This document shows, one piece after another, positions 38,814-49,293 of a DNA stretch of 64,000 nt. The DNA lies in contig CBDDDZ010000005.1 of the NCBI GenBank assembly GCA_965226795.1, positions 640,001-704,000 on the forward strand, given 5' to 3'. Source of the DNA: Candidatus Latescibacterota bacterium. Lineage in GTDB: Bacteria; Latescibacterota; UBA2968; GCA-2709665. Position 1 is the stretch's first letter; every line of letters begins with the position of its first letter. The position numbers and the translations under genes are program-made. Under the pieces are notes generated by a model that did no database searches, was not told the origin of the DNA, and was given only the letters and a program-made list of their open reading frames with translations.

Positions 38814-39050
38814 CATGCATGATCAGGAAAATACACAAAATCCACATCTCTACAAATTCCCTGCCTTCGGCGGGTTTCTTAAAACCGCGAGAAGTAAGAC
38901 GGAAGAAGCAAGAAGACCACTCCGCAACCCACCGCTTTCGCGCCATCCTTCGTGATACACTCCTACTTTCCAGTTAGCGAGACTCCGGTTACGAAGGTGT
39001 CATATGACAAAGTTACCAGCCCCTCTCCCCTCTAGCCTCTCGCTGATTCA

Positions 39051-42000
39051 CTACCTCCAACCCCGTGTCTCTTCAACTTCTGGCGAAGAGAGAATAGTAC
39101 CTGCAAACCCCCTCAGGAACCCCCGCAGGTCATCCAGGTACGTATAAAACAGAGGCACCACGAATAGCGTCAATATCGTCGACGATAACAGGCCGCCGAT
39201 CATCGTGATGCCCAGCGGGGCGTAAGGTGTTCCGAGCATGGTCGCCGATCCGGCGGCCATCGGGAACAATCCGAAGATGGTCGTGAAGGTTGTCATCAGA
39301 ATGGGCCGAAACCGGTTGTACCCGGCCTCCTCGATCGCCTCCGCACGGCTCATGCCACGCACCCGCAACCGGTTAATCATATCCACAAGCACGATCGCGT
39401 TGTTAACCACCACGCCGATCAGCAGAATGATGCCCATCCGTGCCATTTCTCCCATCACCGTATCGGTCAGGAACAGAATCCAGTACACCCCCAGAAAAGC
39501 GAACGGAATGGACAGCAACACGGAAAATGGCAGGACGAACGACTCGAACAGCACGCCCATCAGCAGAAAAACACAGGTAATCGCCATGGTGATCGCAAAC
39601 GCCATCGTATCTTCCTGTTCCCGGAACCGGGAATAGGTCTCTCCCTTGTTCCAGGAATAACCCCGCGGCATGGCGAATCCGTCCATTGCCCGATCGATCT
39701 GGGCGTATAACCCCTTCATATCCTCCTTGGTGGTGTGCGCCCTCACCCACATCCGCATTTTGCCGCCCTCCCTTCGAATGGAGCCGCTGCCTTTCGTTAC
39801 ATTGAACGTGGCGAATGCCGAAAGGGGAACCTGGGTGCCGGTTTTCGACGGGAACGGAAAACTCTTCAGTTGCGCCAGCGTCTGCCGGTCGTTCTCATCC
39901 ATAAACAGGCGGACCGAAATCTCCCGATCTTTATCGTAATAGGGCGCCAGGTTGACCCCGCGCAGCTGATAGGAAATACTGCGCCCCACGGCCTGGGGTG
40001 AGATTCCGTAGGATCGCGCCTGTTCCTTGTTGATGAGCACCTGCACTTCGTTGTCCGCAAACTCCAGATTGCTGTCCACGCTCACGACGTCCGGAATGCC
40101 CTCCAACCGTTGCCGTACCGCCTCCGACAGCCCGCCCAGGACGTCGACGTCCTCGCCATAGAGAAAGACCGAAACGCCCGGGTCGCTGCGCCAACTGGTC
40201 TGTACCGACACCCGGACGCCCACAAAGCGGGGAATAAGCTTCTTGACATCCTCGATCACCTCTGCCCTCGTCATCCGCCCCTTTACGGGGAAACCGACCT
40301 TCTTTCGAACGCTCCTGTAGAACTGTTGCCACCATGTCCGGTTCGGCTCTTCTTGCAGATAGACCCGGATAAAACCGCGTTGTCGCCAGTAACCCAGCCG
40401 CACCGTTTCAATATGGTACGGTTCACGTTTCCTATCCAAAAACGCCTCGATCTGGCCTGCAACGCGTTCCATCTCGGCTTTCCTGAAATGTGGAGGTGCA
40501 GCGAACCGGATATAAAACTCATTATTCACCCGCGCCCTTCCGGTGGTTTCTTTAATATTCGCCGCCGGATAGAAAACCGAAGCAAACAGGATGATGAATA
40601 TCAAGGTTGCGTCCCGGCGGTGGCCAAGTATCCACCGCAACCCGACATGATATTGCCTTCGCAGCCCGCGGATCGACCTGGGGTCTTCCTTTATCGTATG
40701 CCTGCCGAGCGACTTCGCCGCCAGAGGAATGAATATCAGCGCCACAAAAAGAGAACCCAGGAGCGATACGACCACCGGAATGCCGATCCGCGTGAGTCTG
40801 AACGTTAACCACATGTCTCCCGTCATAGCCATCAGAGGCAGAAAGACGACCACCGTGGTCAAGGTCGCCATCGAAATGGCCATGCCCACTTCGCTCGCAC
40901 CCGCAACCGATGCCTCGCGTGCATCCATCCCCTTTGCCCGCATTCGGTAGATGTTCTCTACAATGACAATCGCGTTGTCCACCACCATGCCCATCCCCAC
41001 CATAAGGCCCATCATCGTCAGCAGATTCAACGACCAATCCAGGAAATAAAGCACGGAAATCGTCATCATAATGCACAGTGGAATCGAGAGCGTGATCAGT
41101 GCAGTCATCCTGATTGCACGCAGAAAAAACAGCAGGACCAGGGCCGCGAACAGGGCACCCCATATCCCGGTGTTGCGAATATTGGAAATCGAATCGCGTA
41201 CCGCCTTCCCCTGATCCCACATGATGTTGAACTTCGTCCCGGTATCCGCGTCGATCCGTTTCAGTTCTTCTTTCACGCGACCGGAAACACCCACCAGATT
41301 TGCGCTCGATTCCTTGTATACATCCAGTCCCACTGCTTCTTTGCCATTGATTCGCCACGATCCCGGATCCGGCGGTCTTCCATACAGCACGTCCGCGACA
41401 TCCTTCACCATGACCGGACCGAGACCGTCTGATCGTCTGATCGGAATCCTCCGGATCTCGTCCATGTGCCGGTACCGCGCCAGTGAGCGAACGAAATACT
41501 TTTTATCCCCTTCCTGTACGTACCCACCGGCAAGCGCGAAATTCTCCCCCCGTAACGACTCCACCGCGTCCCCGGGCCGGATGCCCAGCGAACGCATCCG
41601 TTGCTGGTCCATCACCACCATGATCTCTTTCCTGAATCGCCCCCAGAAAGAAACCTTGGCCACCCCGTCGATTCGCTCCAGACGCTTTTGAACCTGGCTT
41701 TCAATAAACGCCTGGACATCCTCCACGCCCGCCGGTGGCGCAACCCCCATCCAGATGATCTCCTGATCCGTCTCCTCGTTATACTTCCAAACGCCCATTC
41801 GATCGCGTAACTCAGGCGGTAACTCCAGCTTCAGGCGGTCCAGGCGGTCCATCACCTGGTTATAGGCCAGGGACATATCGGTTTCCGGACGAAACCGAAG
41901 ACCGGCCTGCGTCCAGTCTCTGCCCGCCCAGGTGCGCAATTCACGGAGGTTTTTCACCGTTCCGAAGTACCTCTCGAACAGCCGGCAGATTTCCTGGTCG

Positions 42001-42194
42001 TTCTCTTTTGGCGACGTATCCCGGCTCTCCACCCACACCCACAGCTGCTTCCGTTCCCATCCGGAAGGGAAGGCCTGCATGCGTATTTTCATGTAGGATA
42101 CGCTACCAATCACCAGCAGCGCCACCAGACACATCGTGACCGTTACCGGCCGCGATATGGAAAGCCGCGGCAATAGCGCATGTCGGTCCTTCAC
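39051..42194 (-). CDS. RND efflux transporter permease (AcrB/MdtB-C family)
   Basis: 1047 aa; GMVVDNAIVIVENI, GVVVNNAIVL and RFRPILMTT motifs. Confidence 0.92.
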   Translation of the reverse strand: MKDRHALLPRLSISRPVTVTMCLVALLVIGSVSYMKIRMQAFPSGWERKQLWVWVESRDTSPKENDQEICRLFERYFGTVKNLRELRTWAGRDWTQAGLRFRPETDMSLAYNQVMDRLDRLKLELPPELRDRMGVWKYNEETDQEIIWMGVAPPAGVEDVQAFIESQVQKRLERIDGVAKVSFWGRFRKEIMVVMDQQRMRSLGIRPGDAVESLRGENFALAGGYVQEGDKKYFVRSLARYRHMDEIRRIPIRRSDGLGPVMVKDVADVLYGRPPDPGSWRINGKEAVGLDVYKESSANLVGVSGRVKEELKRIDADTGTKFNIMWDQGKAVRDSISNIRNTGIWGALFAALVLLFFLRAIRMTALITLSIPLCIMMTISVLYFLDWSLNLLTMMGLMVGMGMVVDNAIVIVENIYRMRAKGMDAREASVAGASEVGMAISMATLTTVVVFLPLMAMTGDMWLTFRLTRIGIPVVVSLLGSLFVALIFIPLAAKSLGRHTIKEDPRSIRGLRRQYHVGLRWILGHRRDATLIFIILFASVFYPAANIKETTGRARVNNEFYIRFAAPPHFRKAEMERVAGQIEAFLDRKREPYHIETVRLGYWRQRGFIRVYLQEEPNRTWWQQFYRSVRKKVGFPVKGRMTRAEVIEDVKKLIPRFVGVRVSVQTSWRSDPGVSVFLYGEDVDVLGGLSEAVRQRLEGIPDVVSVDSNLEFADNEVQVLINKEQARSYGISPQAVGRSISYQLRGVNLAPYYDKDREISVRLFMDENDRQTLAQLKSFPFPSKTGTQVPLSAFATFNVTKGSGSIRREGGKMRMWVRAHTTKEDMKGLYAQIDRAMDGFAMPRGYSWNKGETYSRFREQEDTMAFAITMAITCVFLLMGVLFESFVLPFSVLLSIPFAFLGVYWILFLTDTVMGEMARMGIILLIGVVVNNAIVLVDMINRLRVRGMSRAEAIEEAGYNRFRPILMTTFTTIFGLFPMAAGSATMLGTPYAPLGITMIGGLLSSTILTLFVVPLFYTYLDDLRGFLRGFAGTILSSPEVEETRGWR

Positions 42195-42448
42195 AGAAGG
42201 CTCCTGCAGGAATCGGATTCGAACAACCCGTTTATCCGCATTGGTTCTGACAGAAGATATACATCCGGTGTATCTAAAAGCAAATCTTCAGTTCGCGCTG
42301 AGGATGTGGTCGTCTCCAAATTCGTTGGGACAACCCACTGAATTTCCCCGTAATGGCCCAGGCACGGGCAATTGATATCGCCAGGCCAAATCGCCAACCG
42401 GTTTCAGCCGTCCGCTGATTGCAATTTTCTGTTTTTCTTCCTTTACAC

Positions 42449-42477
42449 TTGACAGATTGCGTCCGAAATCCTATTTT
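42449..42477 (+). promoter_or_regulatory. Sigma70-type promoter of the pheST leader
   Basis: TTGACA, 17-bp spacer, TATTTT just before the T-box leader. Confidence 0.6.
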
Positions 42478-42487
42478 TTCACCCAAA

Positions 42488-42812
42488 GCAATGACGGAGG
42501 AAAGTAAGCCGTCCCCGACCGGAAAGGGAGGGGGCGCCCCGGACTGAAAGCGCCCTTGCGGCATGAACGGCCGAAGTTCCCTCTCGAGCTGCAACGTTGA
42601 ATGCGATTGCCGGATTCAGTCTCCGATCTGGAAGAAGGTGTGGCTGATCTCGCGGCAACCGTTACTAGGCGGCGCCGGTGACTCTCGCCGATAACAGAGA
42701 GGGGCGGTTGTGGCCGCCCGCTAAGCGGCGCCTATCCGGCGCAAATAGGGTGGTACCGCGGAAGGCATCACGTCCTTTCGTCCCTGCGGGGATGAAAGGT
42801 TTTTCTTTTTGT
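42488..42812 (+). ncRNA. T-box riboswitch, Phe specifier UUC
   Basis: Stem I with AGTA, GACTGAAA and GAAG-TTC (42577-42579). T-box AATAGGGTGGTACCGCG at 42744-42760. Terminator CCTTTCGTCCC..GGGATGAAAGG plus a T tract. Confidence 0.92.
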
Positions 42813-42885
42813 CGCCGGGGGTCGAAAACCCGGGGCCGTATCACCTTCCGCCTATCGCAGACCCCCGATTCATGGGAGCATTCAC

Positions 42886-44472
42886 GTGAAACAACCGATC
42901 GACCTGTCGTCTCTTCACGCCCTCGAAATCAAGACGTTGCGCGCCTTCGAATGTCGCGAGGACCATCAGATCACCGATGCCGGCCTTCCGGAAGCCGCAG
43001 GCATCGGCCCCGGCCAGATCCGGCGCGCCGTGGAATGGCTGCGTTCCAAGGCGCTCCTCGAGGTCGTCGGCGAAGCCACGGTCTCGACCGTCAGCCTCAC
43101 CTTATCGGGCGTCGCCCAGGCCGCCATCGGCGCCACTCCGGAAGGCGCGCTATTGATTCGGGCCGGAGAAGACCCCGCACCCACGCTCAAGGACATCCAG
43201 ACAGACACCCGCTTCGACCGGGGAGAATGGGGCAGCGCTTTCGGCGGCCTGAAGGCCGAAGGCACGATCCGGCAGGAGGGCGCCGCCATCCGCATCGCCA
43301 ATCCCGACAGCGCCGCGTTCTATACCGAAAGGCTTGTGCCGGGGCTTTTCGGGCGCTTTCAGGGCGCCGGCGACGAGGCGGTCTTGAGTCTCGGCGACTT
43401 TACGGACGAAATCCAGTCCTATATCCGGGAAAGAACGAGCAAACGCGGCAAGGGCAAGGCAGCCATCCGCGTGGACGAACGCCTGGAACGCACGTACAGC
43501 CTGACGCCGCCGGGCGTCCAGACGCTTCGCAGCATTCTGGAAACCAATCTGACCGGCGAAGAGGTCTCACGCCTCACGCAGGAAATGCTCCAGTCAGGCG
43601 ATTGGAAGAACGTCTCCTTCCGCCGTTACGACATCAGCATCAAACCCCCGCGAATTCTCATCGGCCGTCTCCACCCCTACCGCGCCTATCTCGACGGCGT
43701 TCGGCGCAAACTGCTCTCGCTCGGGTTCGAAGAAATGAAGGGTCCCCTGGTGGAAACCGAATTCTGGAACATGGATGCCCTGTTCATGCCGCAGTTCCAC
43801 GCCGCGCGAAATATCCACGACGCCTATTATGTCAGGGAACCCACCCATTCGAAGGAGAACGAAGAGCCTTTCCTATCGAACGTGGCTGAGGCCCACGCGA
43901 ACGGCGGAGCCACGGGCTCCCGCGGCTGGCGTTACGAATTCAGCCCGAAACGCGCACGTCGCCTGATCCTGCGAAGCCAGGGTACCGCGCTGTCGGCCCG
44001 TACGCTTGCTTCCGGCCCGAATATCCCTGGGAAATATTTCGCCGTCGCGCGCTGTTTCCGTTACGACGACGTCGACGCCACCCATGCCGCGGATTTCTTT
44101 CAGGTGGAGGGTATCGTACTGGGTGAGAGCATTAACTTCCGGAGTCTGCTCGGCCTGCTCAAACTCTTTGCGCTGGAAATCGCCCAGTCGGAGGACTGTC
44201 GGTTTGTGCCGGACTATTTTCCGTTCACGGAGCCCTCGGTTGAACTTCAGGCCAGGCACCCCTCGCTGGGCTGGATCGAATTCGGCGGCGCAGGCCTTTT
44301 CCGGCCCGAACTCACGCGTCCCCTCGGCGTCGAGGTTCCCGTAATTGCATGGGGTCTGGGCATTGACCGTATGGCGATGGTGGCCCTGGGTATTGATGAT
44401 ATCCGCGACCTCTTCAGCACGGACCTGGACCTGATCCGAAACGAAAGAGAAAACAGGCCGACGGCAACGTAA
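42886..44472 (+). CDS. pheS: Phenylalanine-tRNA ligase alpha subunit, archaeal/eukaryal type
   Basis: 528 aa; FWNMDALFMPQ.H.AR, CFR.D.VDATH, FPFTEPS, GAG.FRPE, AWGLGIDR. Confidence 0.93.
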   Translation: MKQPIDLSSLHALEIKTLRAFECREDHQITDAGLPEAAGIGPGQIRRAVEWLRSKALLEVVGEATVSTVSLTLSGVAQAAIGATPEGALLIRAGEDPAPTLKDIQTDTRFDRGEWGSAFGGLKAEGTIRQEGAAIRIANPDSAAFYTERLVPGLFGRFQGAGDEAVLSLGDFTDEIQSYIRERTSKRGKGKAAIRVDERLERTYSLTPPGVQTLRSILETNLTGEEVSRLTQEMLQSGDWKNVSFRRYDISIKPPRILIGRLHPYRAYLDGVRRKLLSLGFEEMKGPLVETEFWNMDALFMPQFHAARNIHDAYYVREPTHSKENEEPFLSNVAEAHANGGATGSRGWRYEFSPKRARRLILRSQGTALSARTLASGPNIPGKYFAVARCFRYDDVDATHAADFFQVEGIVLGESINFRSLLGLLKLFALEIAQSEDCRFVPDYFPFTEPSVELQARHPSLGWIEFGGAGLFRPELTRPLGVEVPVIAWGLGIDRMAMVALGIDDIRDLFSTDLDLIRNERENRPTAT

Positions 44473-44527
44473 CAACGTCGGAACTGGTATTCGCACGAAC
44501 GCAGTGCGCACGGATGAAGGAGCACGT

Positions 44528-46213
44528 ATGCCCACCATCACCGTCATCAGGAAAGACCTCGAGCGACTCGCCGGTCATACCTACGACCTGCCCGAACTCG
44601 AACGCGCCCTCGAGGCCGTTAAAGCCGAGGTCAAGGTCGAAGACGAATCCCGCTTGAGGATCCAGCTGAAGGATACCAACCGCCCGGACCTCTGGTCGTC
44701 CGAGGGGGTTGCCCGGCTGCTCAAGGGCCATCGGACCGGCCGGCACGACACCTATCCCTTTTTCGATGAACCCCCCGCAGAACTCGAACTCCGCGTCGAC
44801 CCGGCACTGGAACACATCCGACCCTTTATCGCAGCCTTCGCCTGTGAAGGGATTGCGGTGGACGAAGCGGCTCTGGAGCAACTCATCGAAGCCCAGGAAA
44901 AACTGGCCGACGGGTACGGACGCGGCCGAAGCGCGGTGGCAATCGGCATCTACAACGCCGCCGGTATGACTTTCCCCGTACACTATACCGCCGCCGACCC
45001 GGAGGCCGCCCGCTTTGTCCCGCTCGGGATGGAAACCGAAATGAACCTGCGTCAGATTTTGAGGATGCACCCCACCGGCGAGACATACGCACATCTTCTC
45101 GAAGGCTTCGACAAATATCCGCTCATCAGCGACAGCAGGGGAAAAGTCCTGTCTATGCCGCCCGTCATCAACAGCCGGAACCCGGGCGCCGTGGAGGTGG
45201 GGGACACCTTTCTCTTCTGTGAGGCCACCGGCACCGAACTCGACGCCGTGCTGCTCACCGTCGCCATTATGGCCGCCAACATGGCCGATCGGGGCGGCCG
45301 CATCCTCCCCGTTGACACGATCTATCCGTACGACACGCCGCGCGGACGGGAAGTCCGATGTCCTCTGGATATGACCGAACCGGTGGCGGTTGCCCTCGAC
45401 GACTTGAGAAACGTCATCGGCGGCGAAATCGACTCCGGGAAAGTCGAAGCCGCACTGGCCGGCATGGGGTACCGCAACATCACGCTCGACGGCAAACGCG
45501 TACAGGCGCGCCCCGCTCCGTATCGTGATGATATCCTCCATCCGGTGGACATCATCGAAGACGTCATCGTGAGCGTGGGCTTCGACAACTTCGAACCCGA
45601 AATGCCGCACGATTTCACCGTGGGAAAATCCGCGCCCGAGGAAGACCTCGCCGACCGCATCCGCGGCCTGATGGTCGGATGCGGATTCCAGGAACTCTTC
45701 CTCCCCATCCTTTCTTCGCGCGCGGATCTCACGGAACGCATGCACAACGTGGACGCCGCGATTGTCGAGATCTCCAACCCCATGACCGAAAATTACAGCG
45801 CGGTCCGCAACGCCCTGCTGCCCGGGCTGCTCCGGGTGGAGGGGACAAGCCGAAAGGCCGTGTATCCCCACCACATCTTCGAAGTGGGCGAGGTCTCCGT
45901 CATCGCCCCGGACGACGTCTATGGCACCCGTACCGAAATTCGACTCTCCGCGTTGGAAGCCCACGCTGAAGCCAATCTCTCGGGGATTCAGAGCCACCTC
46001 GAAGCGCTGGCCTACTACCTCGGATTTGATTACAGCCTCACGCCATGTGAGCATCCCACCTTCCTGCCAGGGAGGGCGGGCGAGATCCGGGTGGACGGAA
46101 AGATCTATGGCATTATCGGAGAAATCCATCCGGAAGTTCTGGAGAGCTGGGGCATATCCGTGCCCGCAAGCGCGTTCGAGGTCAACATCGATATCGCCCG
46201 GATACAACCCTGA
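44528..46213 (+). CDS. pheT: Phenylalanine-tRNA ligase beta subunit, archaeal/eukaryal type
   Basis: About 561 aa; MPTI, NRPDLWS.EG.AR, SMPPVINS, YRDDILHPVDIIED, GEIHPEVL. Confidence 0.93.
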   Translation: MPTITVIRKDLERLAGHTYDLPELERALEAVKAEVKVEDESRLRIQLKDTNRPDLWSSEGVARLLKGHRTGRHDTYPFFDEPPAELELRVDPALEHIRPFIAAFACEGIAVDEAALEQLIEAQEKLADGYGRGRSAVAIGIYNAAGMTFPVHYTAADPEAARFVPLGMETEMNLRQILRMHPTGETYAHLLEGFDKYPLISDSRGKVLSMPPVINSRNPGAVEVGDTFLFCEATGTELDAVLLTVAIMAANMADRGGRILPVDTIYPYDTPRGREVRCPLDMTEPVAVALDDLRNVIGGEIDSGKVEAALAGMGYRNITLDGKRVQARPAPYRDDILHPVDIIEDVIVSVGFDNFEPEMPHDFTVGKSAPEEDLADRIRGLMVGCGFQELFLPILSSRADLTERMHNVDAAIVEISNPMTENYSAVRNALLPGLLRVEGTSRKAVYPHHIFEVGEVSVIAPDDVYGTRTEIRLSALEAHAEANLSGIQSHLEALAYYLGFDYSLTPCEHPTFLPGRAGEIRVDGKIYGIIGEIHPEVLESWGISVPASAFEVNIDIARIQP

Positions 46214-46254
46214 TCGATTGCGGATGCCCCGGTTGCCCGGTTATGGCAGATAAC

Positions 46255-47613
46255 TCAACTTGTGTCCCCCACGATATCGTAGACCCTCGCGGGATGACGG
46301 TGGTCCCGGACTTTGCTGAACAGCGCTTTGGCTTTCCGCGCCATCCCGGCGCGGCCGTAGAAGTAGATAAGGTTGCCGGCTTCGTTCGGTCTGCCGGTGA
46401 GATCCCACACCTTTTCCTGCATGCCCACGGCCCGTTCCCAATCTCCCAGGTGAAATGCCAGATATGAACCCATCTGTCTGAGTGCGACGTACGCCCAGAT
46501 GGTCTTTATGTCCAGTCCGTACATCGTCTCATAGACAGGATAGGCCTGGTCCCATCGGTTTTGCCGGGCAAGCGACAATGCGAGGTAGTTCAGACACTTC
46601 TGGTCTCTCGGAGCCAGCTCGACCGCGCGCCGGGAAACCACTTCCATGGCCTTGAAATCCCGCTTCCACAGGAACATCTGCGCTTTCGCGGTAAGCGCGA
46701 CGATGTCATCGGAGATCTGCGCAAGCCGGGTATCGCACAACGCCATGCAGTCGTCAACCGCCCTGGCCTGCTCTTGCGGGTCGTCCCGCCGCGCGGTGGC
46801 GAGCGCCAACGCGACCTCTATTGAATTGGGCAGCGCCTTTGCGGCTCGTTTCAGGGTAGCCGTCTCTTCCTCGGACAGGACCCTGATCGGGTCGCCGGTC
46901 GTTCCCAGTTCCATAATCGCGTCGGGATGGTCGGGACATACTTCAAGAGCTTCACTGAATCGTGCCCGCGCCGCGTCTGTCCTCATGTACAATCGATCCG
47001 TCCTTCCCTGTTCAAGGAGACGGGCAATGGTCTCCTCAACGAACCCGTCGGGCAGGTCGTTCCTGCTACTTTCGTCTCGTGCCATGCGGATGACCTCCTC
47101 CTGAAGTTGCTTGCGCGCCCTGTAGAGGCGCTGCTTTACGGCGCCGTGAGTCGATCCGACCAGAGAGGCTATGTCCTGGATGGAATACCCGTCCAGATAG
47201 AGCAGCGTGAACGCCTGTACGCTCTTCCGCGGGAGTCGCGAAAGCAGTTCCTGCAACGCCGCGTTGCGAATGATCGGTGCGTCACCGTGTTGATCCCGAT
47301 CCGTCGCCCCGCCAACCGACTCTATCGTGGCCAGACGCCGGCGATTCTGTCTCAGCCTGTTCAGGCAGATGTTGCGAAGTATCCGGCTGACCCATGACAG
47401 AAAACGGGAAGGATCCTCCAGCGCTTCGAGCCGGATGAACGACGTCAGGAATGCTTCCTGGAGCGCGTCTCTCGCGTCCTCGTCGGCGTGCAGGTATCCC
47501 AGCGCCTGGCGGAAGAGGCGGTTCCCGTGGCGTGTCACCAGGGTCTCGAACGCGGCGAGATTGCCGGAACGTGCGGCGCCGGCCAACCGGGCGTCTGTGG
47601 GCGGTCTATCCAT
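46255..47613 (-). CDS. ECF sigma-70 factor with C-terminal TPR extension
   Basis: Region 2 (DA.D.LQEAF, F.SW..RI..N) and region 4 (VKQRLYRAR..L), followed by TPR-like helices. Confidence 0.82.
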   Translation of the reverse strand: MDRPPTDARLAGAARSGNLAAFETLVTRHGNRLFRQALGYLHADEDARDALQEAFLTSFIRLEALEDPSRFLSWVSRILRNICLNRLRQNRRRLATIESVGGATDRDQHGDAPIIRNAALQELLSRLPRKSVQAFTLLYLDGYSIQDIASLVGSTHGAVKQRLYRARKQLQEEVIRMARDESSRNDLPDGFVEETIARLLEQGRTDRLYMRTDAARARFSEALEVCPDHPDAIMELGTTGDPIRVLSEEETATLKRAAKALPNSIEVALALATARRDDPQEQARAVDDCMALCDTRLAQISDDIVALTAKAQMFLWKRDFKAMEVVSRRAVELAPRDQKCLNYLALSLARQNRWDQAYPVYETMYGLDIKTIWAYVALRQMGSYLAFHLGDWERAVGMQEKVWDLTGRPNEAGNLIYFYGRAGMARKAKALFSKVRDHRHPARVYDIVGDTS

Positions 47614-47767
47614 GGTTCAACTAAAAAGACACCGCAGGATGGCGGAAGGTAACACCGGAGGAGAACTTTGGCGAAAGTTGCACACGTTGAAGACGTAAGG
47701 GTGGTGGATTACCCTCGCTACCAAAAGAACCGTCGCGCATCGAAATCCACGTTAACCGCATCGCAGA

Positions 47768-47798
47768 AACGGGTTACGCCAAAACGACGTAACCCGTT
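47768..47798. terminator. Hairpin downstream of tRNA-Leu
   Basis: AACGGGTTACG...CGTAACCCGTT. Confidence 0.6.
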
Positions 47799-47804
47799 GT
47801 TTTT

Positions 47805-47892
47805 TGGTGCCGAAGGGGGGACTCGAACCCCCACGAGCACAAGGCTCACTGCGCCCTGAACGCAGCGCGTCTACCAATTCCACCACTTCGGC
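47805..47892 (-). tRNA. tRNA-Leu (CAG)
   Basis: GCCGAAG...TGGTAGAC, CTGCG-TTCAGGG-CGCAG anticodon arm, long variable arm, GGTTCGAGTCC, CTTCGGC-ACCA. Confidence 0.97.
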
Positions 47893-47964
47893 ATTTGATC
47901 CTGAGGCCTGCGGGTAGGAGCCACGCAGACGGGAAATCAAATATATAAAATCGCTATATGGTTG

Positions 47965-48399
47965 TCAAGATTTGTCAGGTGCAAACAGGGACCGGAATCT
48001 CTTGGGCATCCGCTTCGGTCTCCGTGTCGCGTAGTCCAGAAAGGCGATGCCGGTTTTTGCGCGGGCGATTTCCATCCCCGTATCTTTGTCCGAAATTCGG
48101 TAGTAGATGTCGCATCCGATGCGGCTGAGGCCGTCGACCGCGACCTGAAAGGTCAGGGTCTGGCCGTAAAAGGCTTCGGATTTGTACTGGATGACGGCAT
48201 CGACCATAATGATGCCGACCCCTTCCACGTCCAATTCGCTGAAGCCGTGGCTTTCCAGGAAACGCACCCGCGCCTCGTGGACGAGCGACAGGACGGCGTT
48301 GTTGTCCATGTGCCCGCCGTAGTTGATGTCGGAGACACGAAGCCGGATATCGGTTGAGAACACAAAGCTTTGCGGGAGACCGAGCTTGATCCGAGGCAT
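47965..48399 (-). CDS. Acyl-CoA thioesterase (4HBT/hotdog family)
   Basis: DINYGGHMDN...HEAR. Confidence 0.88.
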   Translation of the reverse strand: MPRIKLGLPQSFVFSTDIRLRVSDINYGGHMDNNAVLSLVHEARVRFLESHGFSELDVEGVGIIMVDAVIQYKSEAFYGQTLTFQVAVDGLSRIGCDIYYRISDKDTGMEIARAKTGIAFLDYATRRPKRMPKRFRSLFAPDKS

Positions 48400-48540
48400 G
48401 AGGGTGTTGATCGCTATCCTTTTTTGTAATTCCTGCGACGATGAAGCGTGATGCGGCGTCAGGTCAGCCCGGAAAGGAGGCCGGTCGGCGCGGCATCGGA
48501 TCGGCAGTGCGTCATATGGGAGGGTGCGGGGCAGAGATCC

Positions 48541-49230
48541 CTACACCGGTTCCGGGCGGGCGACCAGGAGACCGTCTTCCGGCGTCACGTTGATGGCAAA
48601 AGGGACGCTGTCGATCCTGAGCGCCAGGTCCCGGTCGCCGGGGTGAAAGTGGGGCTGGTCGGGGTCGTCGAATTTTTGGGATTCCGCGGCGGAGCGCACC
48701 AGGCTGCAGACGGCATCCGGATCCGGTGTGCAGCCAAGCAGGAGGTTGCGGAGGTAAAGCGCACAGAGTTCGTCCTCGTCGGTCCGCCCCCGCCCTTCCC
48801 AGCCCATGGCCACGAGGGTAACGGTATCGGGGTTTCGCTTCAATATCGCGCGCGCGGTGGCGGCGGCCACGGTCAGCGAGGCGGCGTAGATTCGCTCGGC
48901 CCTCCCCGCGGCTTCGACGCCCGTGGTCCCGGCGCGGGTGGAGAGGCAGAGGGTTTTGCCCGCCACGTCCGCGCCGCTGAGTTGAAAGGGGGAGTTGCCG
49001 AAGTCGAAGCCATTGGGCCGGATGCCGCCCACCTCACCGGCGCAGAGGTCGCACACACCTCGGCGTCGAAGGGCCAGGGCGTCTTCGATCCGGGCGACGA
49101 AGATGATTTTTTTCGCGTCTCGCTGGAACGCGACCGCAGCGGTCGTGAAAGCGCGGTAAACGTCGATGATAACGACCGTGCCGGACGCTTCTCGGGCGCC
49201 CTGAAGCAGGCTTTTGAGGTGTATTTCCAC
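48541..49230 (-). CDS. comB: 2-phosphosulfolactate phosphatase family protein
   Basis: VIIDV.RAFTT, GFDFGNSP, T..GT, EDELCA. Confidence 0.88.
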   Translation of the reverse strand: MEIHLKSLLQGAREASGTVVIIDVYRAFTTAAVAFQRDAKKIIFVARIEDALALRRRGVCDLCAGEVGGIRPNGFDFGNSPFQLSGADVAGKTLCLSTRAGTTGVEAAGRAERIYAASLTVAAATARAILKRNPDTVTLVAMGWEGRGRTDEDELCALYLRNLLLGCTPDPDAVCSLVRSAAESQKFDDPDQPHFHPGDRDLALRIDSVPFAINVTPEDGLLVARPEPV

Positions 49231-49293
49231 GGTTGGGTCCTGCCTCGTCGGGAGAGGCCCTTCTCAAAGACGTGGCGACAGCGAGGTACCGCC

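Noticed and set aside
47805..47892. tRNA-Leu as the att site of an island
   Set aside because: No duplicated 3' end or integrase seen; flanking genes look chromosomal.
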